Shown here piece by piece: positions 44,724-54,226 of a stretch of DNA of 64,000 nt. The stretch lies in contig CACAAP010000002.1 of the NCBI GenBank assembly GCA_902530535.1, positions 255 through 64,254 of the forward strand. The letters are read 5' to 3'. Both the position numbers and the translations under genes were made by a program. Numbering within the stretch: position 1 is the stretch's first letter; each line of letters begins with the position of its first letter. The notes beneath the pieces are model-generated. The model was not told the DNA's origin. It saw nothing but the letters and a program-made list of their open reading frames with translations, and made no database searches. The DNA is from an uncultured Candidatus Poseidoniales archaeon. Its GTDB lineage: Archaea > Thermoplasmatota > Poseidoniia > Poseidoniales > Thalassarchaeaceae.

Positions 44724-45707
44724 ATGGAAGCGGAGAATATCGAGTCTATAGACCTTGAATCTCTGAAGAATCTGGTTGAGGAGTCGATAGAGGATCTTGT
44801 TCTGGAGAAGATGGGGTCCTCACTCGACCGCCCAATAATGTCGATTGCCAGGGAAGTCCTCCTAGGCGGAGGAAAGAGGTATAGGCCAATATTGGTGATT
44901 ATGGCGTACAAGGCTGCTGGGGGTTCTGACTACAGAGAGGCCTTAGATCTGGCTCTATCCTCGGAGCTGATCCATACCGCTACTTTGGTCCATGACGATG
45001 TCTACGACCAGTCAAAGATGCGTAGGGGGAAGCCTACCATTCACTCCACTCATGGCATCTCCCACGCCATTATTGCGGGGGACTACCTATTCTCATTGGG
45101 TTTCCAATTCGGGGCCAAGTATGATGAGAGAGTAATAGGCAAGGTCAGAGACGCTTGTGCAGGAATTGCCTCGGGAGAGATTCTGCAGTTCGAGCATATC
45201 CACGACCTGAACACCAGGCCCGAGGACTACTATGCCATAATTGACGGTAAGACCGCTGGACCTTTCGCATCTAGTTGCTCTAGCGCGGGAATGGTTGCAG
45301 GTGCCAGACAGGAAATCGTTGATGCTCTGTGGGAGTACGGGATTGAGCTGGGCAGAGCCTTCCAGTTAGTTGATGATATTCTAGACCTGGAGGGGGACGA
45401 AAGGATAGGGAAGCCCCGTGGGACAGATGTCCACGAGGGCAAGATGACGCTACCGATCATTTACGCATTGACTATGCTCCATGGGGAGGATAGGGAGCAT
45501 CTGAAGGATGTTCTGACTAACTTCGGGGATGATAGGCTCCATGAGCTAGTTCAGCTTTTGGAGACAGCGGGATCCTTCGAGTATTCACGGGTATTGGTCT
45601 CGAACCACGTTGAAAGGGCCCTGGAGCATCTGCAGGTTCTGCCCGATTCAGACGAGAAGATCCTATTGAGCGAGATGGCACTAATCTCGGAGGCTAGAAC
45701 TAACTAA
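44724..45707 (+). CDS. idsA: Polyprenyl (geranylgeranyl) diphosphate synthase
   Basis: FARM is LVHDDVYD and SARM is FQLVDDILD. KRYRP is also present. Confidence 0.9.
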   Translation: MEAENIESIDLESLKNLVEESIEDLVLEKMGSSLDRPIMSIAREVLLGGGKRYRPILVIMAYKAAGGSDYREALDLALSSELIHTATLVHDDVYDQSKMRRGKPTIHSTHGISHAIIAGDYLFSLGFQFGAKYDERVIGKVRDACAGIASGEILQFEHIHDLNTRPEDYYAIIDGKTAGPFASSCSSAGMVAGARQEIVDALWEYGIELGRAFQLVDDILDLEGDERIGKPRGTDVHEGKMTLPIIYALTMLHGEDREHLKDVLTNFGDDRLHELVQLLETAGSFEYSRVLVSNHVERALEHLQVLPDSDEKILLSEMALISEARTN

Positions 45708-45708
45708 C

Positions 45709-45713
45709 GGAGG
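45709..45713 (+). promoter_or_regulatory. Shine-Dalgarno-like GGAGG ahead of the geranylgeranyl reductase reading frame
   Basis: The GGAGG lies 7 nt upstream of the in-frame CTG at 45721 and 1 nt after the idsA stop. Confidence 0.35.
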
Positions 45714-45720
45714 AATCCCC

Positions 45721-46821
45721 CTGTCCGAGGAAAAATACTGGGATGTCATCGTCATAGGAGGGGGGCCTGCTGGTAGCACCGTTGCAAGGTATGCAGCGGA
45801 AGGTGGACTCAGCGTACTAGTCGTAGACGGAAGGGATCCTATTGGAACTCCCCTACAATGCGGAGAGCTGGTTCCCACAAATGAAGAGATGAGGAGACTG
45901 TGTCCTGATGTGCCAGAAGTTGATGATCTATTCAGGACCCCTGATGAGGCCATCTCTAGTACATCGGGCAAGATGAGGATTGTCAAGCCGAATGGCAAGG
46001 GGATGGACTTCAAATTCGGAGGAATGGTTCTGGATAGAGTGGCTCATGACGAGGCCTTGGTCAACCTAGCCGCATCAAGCGGCGCGGAGTTCCTTCTCGG
46101 AAGTAGGGTTAAGCGAGTCGATGGCGAGTCTGTCTTCCTCTCTGACGGTACTGTCCTGAAGGGTAAGGTAATAGTGGGAGCGGGTGGTTACAACGATCCG
46201 ATCAGAAAGAAGCACTGGAATGAGGAATCTCTGAATATTCCTGTGAAATTTGTACTCAAGGAGGGGCATCACTCTGATGCTTTGGAATTGCACTTCGGAT
46301 CAGTTGCCCCGGGAGGGTATGCTTGGGTTTTCCCAAAGGAGTCGGTTACAAACATAGGCATTGGCGTTCAGAGGAAGATGTCGAGAGGAAGGAGTCTGGA
46401 GTCTTACGCGAATGAGTTCATCGAACGCTACGAGGGAGAGGAGACATTCAGAGGAGCGGGTTATCTCCCCATGTCTGGGACAATAGGGCAATTCGTAAAG
46501 GGAAACTATGTCCTAGTCGGAGACTCGGCGGGAATGGTGCTCCCATCCAACGGAGCAGGGATTACAATAGCTATGATCGGTGGTAGAATAGCCGGTCAGG
46601 TAATTTCTGAGCATATCAATGACGGTGTGGAACTACAGGAGTACCAGAGGAGGTGGGAGGAACAAATGGGGAAGGTGATGAGGAACTCTAAGAGGTCATT
46701 CAAGATAGGCAGCTTACTGTTCAGATTCCCTGATTGGTTCCTAAATTTAGCATTCAATCCCCTCACTAGGGGATTTATCTGGAGGGCGGTTACCTGCAGG
46801 AAGATGTTCTGGGCATTCTAA
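45721..46821 (+). CDS. Geranylgeranyl reductase family flavoprotein (digeranylgeranylglycerophospholipid reductase-like). The 5' end is non-canonical.
   Basis: The frame is open from 45685 and encodes YWDVIVIGGGPAGSTVARYAAEGGLSVLVVD (FAD Rossmann motif) upstream of the first ATG at 45889. The start is provisionally placed at the CTG at 45721. Confidence 0.7.
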   Translation: MSEEKYWDVIVIGGGPAGSTVARYAAEGGLSVLVVDGRDPIGTPLQCGELVPTNEEMRRLCPDVPEVDDLFRTPDEAISSTSGKMRIVKPNGKGMDFKFGGMVLDRVAHDEALVNLAASSGAEFLLGSRVKRVDGESVFLSDGTVLKGKVIVGAGGYNDPIRKKHWNEESLNIPVKFVLKEGHHSDALELHFGSVAPGGYAWVFPKESVTNIGIGVQRKMSRGRSLESYANEFIERYEGEETFRGAGYLPMSGTIGQFVKGNYVLVGDSAGMVLPSNGAGITIAMIGGRIAGQVISEHINDGVELQEYQRRWEEQMGKVMRNSKRSFKIGSLLFRFPDWFLNLAFNPLTRGFIWRAVTCRKMFWAF

Positions 46822-47525
46822 GGAGAACGTGCTGACCAGATGGTAGCCATTCCAGGGAAAATGACTCGTGCTTCGACATCTACGAAACCGACATCCTGCA
46901 GCATGGACACATAATCTCGGGTGTTTCCAAACTCTTCGTATGTCTTAGTAAGCCACTTCCACGGGTGATCCCTCACACCACAAACAATTCTGGCATAGCT
47001 ACCTACCCACACCCTCATCCAAAGCGCACCAAGAATTCCGTGAAGACGGTTCATCTTTGCAGGATCGATTATGATAATGGGAGCGCCGGGCTTTAGGACC
47101 CTGAGGGATTCGGATAGTCCTGCCTTCTTGTCATACCAATCCCTGAAGGAAAAAAGTGAGCAAATGGCATCGAAAGAACCATCCTCGAATGGGAGTTCCT
47201 CAGCAGTCGACTCTACGAATTCAGCTGGCGAGTCTCCACGTTCGGCTCTGGCTGAATTGACCCTTTTCTCAGCCGTAGAAAGCATCTCGGGAATAGGGTC
47301 CACGCAGACCAGATCCCTACCGACCACATCCTCTGCGAAACTTCCGGGGCCACAGCCAATCTCGAGAACTCTGCCCTGAGGCAACTTCTCTCTAACCATT
47401 TTCCTCCATCTAGACACCTGTCCCAGGGTTGCGAACCTGTTTATCCGGTCATAGACCGGGATTGTTGCCATGAGATTTCTCTGGAGTTCGTTCCACTCCT
47501 CCCCCTCCATCCCCTGCGCGTCCAT
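46818..47525 (-). CDS. UbiE/MenG-family SAM-dependent methyltransferase
   Basis: YDRINRFATLG, VLEIGCGPGSF and the overall UbiE/COQ5 pattern are present. Confidence 0.75.
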   Translation of the reverse strand: MDAQGMEGEEWNELQRNLMATIPVYDRINRFATLGQVSRWRKMVREKLPQGRVLEIGCGPGSFAEDVVGRDLVCVDPIPEMLSTAEKRVNSARAERGDSPAEFVESTAEELPFEDGSFDAICSLFSFRDWYDKKAGLSESLRVLKPGAPIIIIDPAKMNRLHGILGALWMRVWVGSYARIVCGVRDHPWKWLTKTYEEFGNTRDYVSMLQDVGFVDVEARVIFPGMATIWSARSP

Positions 47526-47657
47526 GTGTCTATCTCAGAGAAGGACATATTTGGAGGATTCCCGATAGGGCTCTTCGATGGTGCTGAACGAGTGGAATTC
47601 CCGTGGTTATCATCATAAACTCCTCATCGGTCGCCATTGCACCGTAGGTGCATAGAA

Positions 47658-47972
47658 ATGGGACGAGAGGAAGTTCTACGAGCGATAAGGCAGGCAGAAA
47701 GCGAGGCGGAGAAGACCATTGCGAATGCAGAGTCAGAAGCCGCTGAGATCATCTCCAAGGCGAGGTTGAAGGCTACGGAAATCGTCCAGTCGGGTAAGTC
47801 CGATTCTGAGGCCAGTTCGCAGAACATGATTTCGGAAGCAAGGAGTGTTGCTGAAGGAGAAGCGGCTAAGGTTTCCAAAAAGGGAGATTCCGCAATCGGA
47901 TCAATTCATGACAGTGGTGAAGGAAGTAGGGGAGAAGCAGTAAGGGCAGTTGTCGATGCTTTCAAATCCTAA
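47658..47972 (+). CDS. atpH: A-type ATP synthase subunit H
   Basis: A short helical E/A/K-rich protein (MGREEVLRAIRQAESEAEKTI...) at the head of the atp operon. Confidence 0.7.
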   Translation: MGREEVLRAIRQAESEAEKTIANAESEAAEIISKARLKATEIVQSGKSDSEASSQNMISEARSVAEGEAAKVSKKGDSAIGSIHDSGEGSRGEAVRAVVDAFKS

Positions 47973-47988
47973 AACAAAGGGAATTCAG

Positions 47989-50136
47989 ATGTCGCAAGTC
48001 CATACACTACAGATGGGTAGACTGATTGCTGCAGGTAGTAAAAGCAACCTTGCTATTGCAATAGACTCACTCGCAGCCCTAGAGGCGCTTCACATTGTTG
48101 ACTACGATGATTCGGAGGAGGGTTTCTCATTGGGGACTCCCGGTATAAAATCCGAAGAGGTAGGTCGAGATTTAGTGAAGGCAAGAGCGGCAAGATCTGT
48201 CGTAAACGCGACTGCTCCATCCAGACCCCTGGTCGCAGAGGAAATCATAAGCAAACTAGATGGGGGGCTTCAGAAGGAGATAGAAGGAGTCCTTGACCTG
48301 AGTTCAAAAATTTCCGATTTGGAGGTTGCTATAGGGTCCCTCCAGGAGCAGGAGGATTCACTCGCAGAACTAGAACCGCTGGGTGTGGATTTGGATCTGT
48401 TGTCTGGATACGAATCTATAGTCGCATTCGTAGGCAGGGTTGACGATATCCCTGCTGCCAGAGACGCCTCCTCATCAGGACTGATGATTGAATCCAGAAA
48501 GCAGGATGGGATGGTAGCTATATTCCTTAGAAAAGAGAATTCCAAAAGAGCAGAGGCGTTGTTAGAGTCTGCGGGCTTCCAACAGACCCCAATACCTCCT
48601 GGAACTGGATCGGTTCCGGACTTGCTCTCGGAAATCAGAACTGAGAAAGATAGTACTGTGGGTGAAAAGACTCGACTTGAAAGAGAGCTTGAATCATGGT
48701 CACAGTCTCACGGAGAAACCCTGGTATGCGGCTTGGAGGTCTTGGAGAGGAATCACGAGATTCTGACAGCCCCAGTAAGGGTGGCGGTTTCGGAACACGC
48801 ATTCGTAATCGACGGTTGGCTGGAGATGAGGAGAGCAGATGAGATAGAAAGAGCGTTGAAAGACTCCTGTCTGCACGTCGAAATTGCTCCTTTTGAGATG
48901 GAGGCCGGAGGCGGAGGACATGGTCACTCAGACCACCACCACTCCCAGCAGATGCCTCCGATTTCCTACCAAGAGAGAAGTTCATCTAGACCAATGGAAT
49001 TACTGACTGACGCTGTAGGCAGGCCGGCATATGGGAGAATAGACCCCACCGTGTTCATGCTGATCTCCTATCCGTTATTCTTCGGAATGATGTTGGGCGA
49101 TATGGCCTATGGACTCGCCACAATAGCCCTAGGATCATTCCTGATAATGAGATCGGGAACCAACGAAATGGTCATGCTCGGGGGTAAGTTCCTGACTTAC
49201 ATTGGCTTGGGAACCCTGGTATTCGGATACATTTACGGAGAGTTTGCAGGCTTCGAGTTCCTGCCTCATATCGAGACGAAATACGCTACTGAAGCAGCAT
49301 GTAGTTACCACTGGCATGATGGCCATTGCTTCAAGGACGCCTACATGCTGGAAAAGGGGGACTTGCCCTCATGGGTGTCTTGGATGACGGCGCTATACCC
49401 GAACGGGGGAAGAATACACTATGAGACTCCCGCGCTGTTTGGTGCTTCACTTACCTACCCATTCCATCGAGTTACCCCCGTAGACGATGGAGGTAACCTA
49501 GAGCACTTGATACTGCTAACCATCTACCTGGGCGTCATCCACATCTTCATCGGTCTCGCAATTGGATTCAGAGATATTCTTCTGTACGGCAATGGCCACG
49601 GGGGTTTCGGCCTAGTCTGTGCTTTCTTCGAAAAGGGGACTTGGATGCTGTTGCTGTTGGGTGGCTTCCTCTTCGCTTACGGTTACATCGGACCAGGGAG
49701 CACAGATATGATGAACTCTGGCGCCGCTATCGCGGGTTCATCCGTACTCATGCTCATGTGGACATTGTACCGGTATCACGGAGTTCCATTCCCGATTAAT
49801 ATCGGATTGGCACCCATTGAGGCTGTAGGAATGATGCCTTCCGTAATTTCATACGTAAGACTGTTTGCTGTTGGGGCAGTAGGAGTCAAGATTGCAGAAA
49901 CTGCAAATGTAAATCTGTTTACCAAAATTGACTTTACAGACCCGTTGATTGCAGTGTTGTTGGTAATCGGTTGGATTTTAGGCCAGATCTTCGCTCTCGT
50001 ACTCGGCTTGTTTAGTCCAAATATCCACGCTGCAAGGCTCCATTTCGTAGAGTGGATGAGGCAGTATTACGACTCTAGCGGTGAAGCGTTCGATCCCTTC
50101 GGGACAAAATCAAAGTTCGTGGAGGGCGATTATTAG
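47989..50136 (+). CDS. atpI: A-type ATP synthase subunit I (stator a-subunit)
   Basis: A cytoplasmic N-terminal half is followed by about 7-8 TM segments, including VRLFAVGAV...HAARLHFVEW (the essential Arg region). Alternative starts are at 47950 and 47956. Confidence 0.88.
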   Translation: MSQVHTLQMGRLIAAGSKSNLAIAIDSLAALEALHIVDYDDSEEGFSLGTPGIKSEEVGRDLVKARAARSVVNATAPSRPLVAEEIISKLDGGLQKEIEGVLDLSSKISDLEVAIGSLQEQEDSLAELEPLGVDLDLLSGYESIVAFVGRVDDIPAARDASSSGLMIESRKQDGMVAIFLRKENSKRAEALLESAGFQQTPIPPGTGSVPDLLSEIRTEKDSTVGEKTRLERELESWSQSHGETLVCGLEVLERNHEILTAPVRVAVSEHAFVIDGWLEMRRADEIERALKDSCLHVEIAPFEMEAGGGGHGHSDHHHSQQMPPISYQERSSSRPMELLTDAVGRPAYGRIDPTVFMLISYPLFFGMMLGDMAYGLATIALGSFLIMRSGTNEMVMLGGKFLTYIGLGTLVFGYIYGEFAGFEFLPHIETKYATEAACSYHWHDGHCFKDAYMLEKGDLPSWVSWMTALYPNGGRIHYETPALFGASLTYPFHRVTPVDDGGNLEHLILLTIYLGVIHIFIGLAIGFRDILLYGNGHGGFGLVCAFFEKGTWMLLLLGGFLFAYGYIGPGSTDMMNSGAAIAGSSVLMLMWTLYRYHGVPFPINIGLAPIEAVGMMPSVISYVRLFAVGAVGVKIAETANVNLFTKIDFTDPLIAVLLVIGWILGQIFALVLGLFSPNIHAARLHFVEWMRQYYDSSGEAFDPFGTKSKFVEGDY

Positions 50137-50160
50137 ATTCCAAGCAAACAGCTTGAAAAA

Positions 50161-50166
50161 AGGAGG
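50161..50166 (+). promoter_or_regulatory. Shine-Dalgarno AGGAGG for atpK
   Basis: AGGAGG lies 7 nt upstream of the ATG at 50174. Similar GAGGTGA/AGGAGG elements precede atpE, C, F, B and D. Confidence 0.6.
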
Positions 50167-50173
50167 AAAAAAA

Positions 50174-50485
50174 ATGAATGACAGAAAAATGATGAGAGGA
50201 ATGAGCATACTGATGGTTCTGTTGGCGCTAGTAATGGTGGCCAGCGGCGTACAGGCGCAAGAAGCAGCAGATAATGAAAGTACAGAAGCAGCGTACAAGA
50301 TGATTGGGGCCGGCCTTGCACTGGGCCTTGCCGGAATTGGAACTGGGCTTAGCCAAGGACCAATCGGCGCAGCGGCAGTTGGAATGATTGCTGAAGATGA
50401 GAAGAAGTTCACATACGGACTGATTTTCACTGCTCTGCCAGAAACAATTGTACTATTCGGCTTCCTAGCAATATTCCTGCTTTGA
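50174..50485 (+). CDS. atpK: A-type ATP synthase subunit K (c-ring proteolipid) with an N-terminal signal-like extension
   Basis: The hairpin is GAGLALGLAGIGTGLSQGPIGAAAVG ... LIFTALPETIVLFGF with the carboxylate E in helix 2. It is preceded by MNDRKMMRGMSILMVLLALVMVASGVQA. Confidence 0.85.
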   Translation: MNDRKMMRGMSILMVLLALVMVASGVQAQEAADNESTEAAYKMIGAGLALGLAGIGTGLSQGPIGAAAVGMIAEDEKKFTYGLIFTALPETIVLFGFLAIFLL

Positions 50486-50517
50486 GAAGACGGAAAGGGA
50501 AATCAGGAGGATAGTAT

Positions 50518-51075
50518 ATGTCGCTTGAAACACTTGCAGCCGAAATCACAAAACAAGCAAAGGAGGAAGCGGAGTCGATTCTAGACGAAGCCAGAGCGGA
50601 AGCAAAGAGGATTGAAGAAGAAGCTAGAAGTGAAGCCACTCAAACTTCCTCGGTGGCATCTTCCAAGGCAGAGAGAGAAAGTGAGCAAATCTCCGTCGAG
50701 GTAGTTGCCTCGGCTAGGCAAGCGAACCAAAAAAGGGCCCTTATTGCTAGAAGGGAGGAGTTAGAATTTACCTGGGAAGCAGCCAAGGAAGAGGTTAGTT
50801 CACCTAAATTGGCTGGCAGGAAGAAGATACTGGACTCCCTCGTAAAAGAGGCATCTGACACCAAAGCAGATGTGGTGATGAGGCCTGTCAAAGTAGACAG
50901 AGCTGCACTTTCCAAAAGCGGGTTCAAGATGGGAGAAGACATAGGGGGACTGGGCGGATTCGTTCTCGAATCTAAGGATGGTTCAACTATGCTGGACTTC
51001 AGATTCGATATGATGCTAGAAGAGGCATGGAAAAATACTCTGGGCGAGATAAACGGGATACTTTTCAACGAGTGA
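50518..51075 (+). CDS. atpE: A-type ATP synthase subunit E
   Basis: Its position in the operon, a long N-terminal helix rich in E/A/K, and a globular C-terminus support the call. Confidence 0.8.
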   Translation: MSLETLAAEITKQAKEEAESILDEARAEAKRIEEEARSEATQTSSVASSKAERESEQISVEVVASARQANQKRALIARREELEFTWEAAKEEVSSPKLAGRKKILDSLVKEASDTKADVVMRPVKVDRAALSKSGFKMGEDIGGLGGFVLESKDGSTMLDFRFDMMLEEAWKNTLGEINGILFNE

Positions 51076-51084
51076 GGTGATAAA

Positions 51085-52137
51085 ATGGTCAGGGCGCAAA
51101 GTGGCAGATCGAATGTGTATAACGCATCTGCCAGAGCCAAGGCACGAAAGGCGTCCCTAATCGATCAGACTAGAATGCGGCAGTTAGTACAACAAGGAAC
51201 CGACTCAATCGGCGCAAGCATAGGGGAGATGGGGTATAGAACCGAAATGGACCTGTATGCGTCCAGAATGAGCGGGGCCGACGCAGTAGAAGCCGCTCTT
51301 TTCCACAATCTAGACAATGACCTCGCAGAGGTACTAAGATTCTGCCAAGGCAAACTGAAATCTATTGTTGCGATATATGTTGAAAGATTCGACTACGAGA
51401 AGGCTAAGACGGTTCTGAGAGCTGTCAATGGAGGTGCGTCCGACGAGATGATAGAAAGTCAGATATTGCCCTCGGAAAATCCTCGAAACGCAACGTGGTT
51501 GACCATCGTGAAGAATACGGAGGGCCTTGATGAGGCGGTCGAGGCTATGGCCGGAACTCCATGGGGACAAACTCTAGCCAGGCTCGATGCGGAGTCAACT
51601 CTTGAGGTAATGGAAAACGCGCTAGACATGCAATATTTCGCTGATGCGCTGAGGGCTGTAAAGGACAAGGAAGGAAGCCCCCAGCTACTGAAGTATCTGA
51701 GAATGGAGATCGATCACCGGAACGTAATCAATGAGTTCAGATCGATACGCATGGGAATGAATTCAGAACAGCGGCAGGCAATGATAATTCCTGGTGGGAA
51801 GATTGACGCTGCCACAATGAAGCAAGCCTGTGTGACAGAGACTGATGAAGAATTAATCGATGTACTTCGTCGGAGTGGCTCTTTTGATGACACTGGTTTT
51901 GATGAGGCCAGGGCAGATTCGGAAAGACTTGGGAGTCTTGATCCGTATGCGGAGCTTCTCTCCCATCAGAGACATGCGGTTCTAAGGAGATTTTCGCATC
52001 TAAGTCCGATTTCGGCGTTCCCCATAATTCACTACATCGAGAAGAAAGCGTTGGAAGTCAGAAATCTTCGATTACTAGTGCGCGGAAAGGCTGTGGGACT
52101 TCCTAAGGAAGTGCTAGAGGCACACATGGACTACTGA
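51085..52137 (+). CDS. atpC: A-type ATP synthase subunit C (d-subunit homologue)
   Basis: 350-aa helical protein in the canonical position between E and F. Confidence 0.8.
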   Translation: MVRAQSGRSNVYNASARAKARKASLIDQTRMRQLVQQGTDSIGASIGEMGYRTEMDLYASRMSGADAVEAALFHNLDNDLAEVLRFCQGKLKSIVAIYVERFDYEKAKTVLRAVNGGASDEMIESQILPSENPRNATWLTIVKNTEGLDEAVEAMAGTPWGQTLARLDAESTLEVMENALDMQYFADALRAVKDKEGSPQLLKYLRMEIDHRNVINEFRSIRMGMNSEQRQAMIIPGGKIDAATMKQACVTETDEELIDVLRRSGSFDDTGFDEARADSERLGSLDPYAELLSHQRHAVLRRFSHLSPISAFPIIHYIEKKALEVRNLRLLVRGKAVGLPKEVLEAHMDY

Positions 52138-52138
52138 G

Positions 52139-52447
52139 GTGAAAAAAATGGAGATTGCAGTGGTGGGACAGTTGGAATTTACACTAGGGTTCCAGCTTGC
52201 AGGTGTAAAAAACCTGTACAACCCATCGGATGACGAGGAGCTTGCGGAGCTTCTTCGTGATCTTTTGGGTCAAGAGGAAATCGGGGTTGTCGTAGTTGAC
52301 AACTTCGATCTAGTGAGGCTTCCCGAGAGGCTAAGAGTGCAGCTATCGGAAAGCGTGACGCCCACAGTTCTGGGCATAGGGACCGAGGAGGATAACACAC
52401 TCCGAGAGTCCATCAAATCAGCACTCGGTGTTGACCTTTGGAAATAG
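52139..52447 (+). CDS. atpF: A-type ATP synthase subunit F
   Basis: MEIAVVGQLEFTLGFQLAGV is the typical subunit F N-terminus. The start is the GTG at 52139 or the ATG at 52148. Confidence 0.85.
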   Translation: MKKMEIAVVGQLEFTLGFQLAGVKNLYNPSDDEELAELLRDLLGQEEIGVVVVDNFDLVRLPERLRVQLSESVTPTVLGIGTEEDNTLRESIKSALGVDLWK

Positions 52448-52474
52448 ATTCAAAAATAATGGAAGTGAAAAAAA

Positions 52475-54217
52475 ATGAGTACAGAAAATGGAGTGATATA
52501 CCGGATTTCCGGACCAGTTGTGACCGCCACGGGCATTGCCCCGAGGATGTATGAGGTTGTGCGAGTCGGGAATGAAGGATTGATGGGAGAAGTAATTGAG
52601 CTACACGGAGAACAATCGGTAATCCAGGTCTACGAAGAGACATCAGGGATTGAACCGGGAGAGCCTGTTATCAGGACTGGGCAGACTCTGTCGGTACAAC
52701 TAGGACCGGGACTATTGACCCAGATATACGATGGAATTCAGAGGCCTCTTCCCAAACTAGAGGAGACGATGGGAGTTTTCATCACCAGAGGCGTCGATGC
52801 GGACGGACTCGACCTGACTAAGGAATGGGAGTTCGTTCCCACAGTCAAAGTAGGAGACGAGCTATCGGCAGGACATGTGATAGGTACAGTCCAAGAAACT
52901 GAGACTATTGAACACAGAGTCATGGTACCACCTGGAAAGGAGGGAGTCGTGAAAACCATTGAGTCCGGTTCGTTCAATATCACACAGCCAGTATGCAAGC
53001 TGGAAGATGGGTCTGAAATAGCGATGATGCAGGAGTGGCCAGTAAGGCACCCTCGACCATTCGTACAGAAATACGCACCTGACGTACCCCTCATGACGGG
53101 ACAGAGGATACTGGACTTCCTCTTCCCCCTTGCCAAGGGTGGGACTGCAGGAATTCCTGGGCCTTTCGGGTCCGGAAAGACCGTCACTCAACAGCAACTC
53201 GCAAAGTGGTCAGACGCTCAGATAGTGGTGTACATCGGATGTGGGGAACGCGGAAATGAAATGACCGAGGTCCTCGACGAGTTCCCTCACCTAATTGATC
53301 CAAATACGAACAAGCCTCTGATGAACAGAACTGTGATGATTGCAAACACTTCGAACATGCCAGTCGCAGCAAGGGAGGCATCCGTTTACACGGGAGTGAC
53401 TATTGCAGAGTACTTCCGAGATATGGGTTACAACGTGGCTCTAATGGCTGACTCGACTAGTAGGTGGGCCGAGGCTATGAGAGAGATTTCGTCGAGGCTT
53501 GAGGAGATGCCAGGAGAGGAGGGTTATCCAGCATACCTCTCAAGTAGACTGGCTGAGTTTTACGAGAGAGCAGGAAGGGTTGAGACATTGTCCGGAGAGG
53601 ATGGTTCAGTGTCGGTAATCGGAGCTGTTTCCCCTCCAGGCGGGGACATCTCAGAGCCAGTCAGCCAAGGAACTCTCAGGATTGTCAAGGTGTTCTGGGG
53701 ACTGGACGCTGGTCTTGCCAGACAACGGCACTTCCCTGCGATAAACTGGCTTAGTTCCTACAGCTTGTACCCACAAGCCCTGGACCAATGGTATAGGGAC
53801 AACATTGCAACCGACTTCCCTGAAGTTAGGACCGAGATAAGCACTCTACTCCAAATCGAAGCTGAATTGCAAGAGATTGTCCAGCTTGTAGGGTCCGATG
53901 CCCTACCAATAGATCAGCAACTGACACTAGAAGTTGCGAGGATGATTAGAGAGTTCTTCCTTCAGCAGAACGCCTTCCATGATGTGGATACGTACAGCGA
54001 TCTGAAGCTGCAATATGACATGGCTAAAGCAATACTGAACTTCCAAGAAGAAGGGAAGAAGGCAATTGCTGGAGGCGCACAACTAGAAGACGTGGTTAAT
54101 GTGCCTGCTAGGACCGACCTGATGAGAGGAAGATTCGAAGAAGGTTATGACGGCAGAATAGAGGGACTCGTTGCGGAGATGAGCAAGCAGATTGCTGCTA
54201 GCATGGAGGAAAACTGA
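52475..54217 (+). CDS. atpA: A-type ATP synthase catalytic subunit A
   Basis: Walker [10 protein letters not shown], the non-homologous insert region and Walker [13 protein letters not shown] are present. At 580 aa there is no intein. Confidence 0.95.
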   Translation: MSTENGVIYRISGPVVTATGIAPRMYEVVRVGNEGLMGEVIELHGEQSVIQVYEETSGIEPGEPVIRTGQTLSVQLGPGLLTQIYDGIQRPLPKLEETMGVFITRGVDADGLDLTKEWEFVPTVKVGDELSAGHVIGTVQETETIEHRVMVPPGKEGVVKTIESGSFNITQPVCKLEDGSEIAMMQEWPVRHPRPFVQKYAPDVPLMTGQRILDFLFPLAKGGTAGIPGPFGSGKTVTQQQLAKWSDAQIVVYIGCGERGNEMTEVLDEFPHLIDPNTNKPLMNRTVMIANTSNMPVAAREASVYTGVTIAEYFRDMGYNVALMADSTSRWAEAMREISSRLEEMPGEEGYPAYLSSRLAEFYERAGRVETLSGEDGSVSVIGAVSPPGGDISEPVSQGTLRIVKVFWGLDAGLARQRHFPAINWLSSYSLYPQALDQWYRDNIATDFPEVRTEISTLLQIEAELQEIVQLVGSDALPIDQQLTLEVARMIREFFLQQNAFHDVDTYSDLKLQYDMAKAILNFQEEGKKAIAGGAQLEDVVNVPARTDLMRGRFEEGYDGRIEGLVAEMSKQIAASMEEN

Positions 54218-54226
54218 GGTGATAAT

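Noticed and set aside
47530-47612. Minus-strand AUGAUGA ... CUGA arrangement upstream of the UbiE-like gene (a possible box C/D sRNA, given nop5/flpA in the window)
   Set aside because: The C-to-D spacing is about 71 nt, which is too long. There are no internal D'/C' boxes and no terminal stem. It is more likely promoter or leader sequence.
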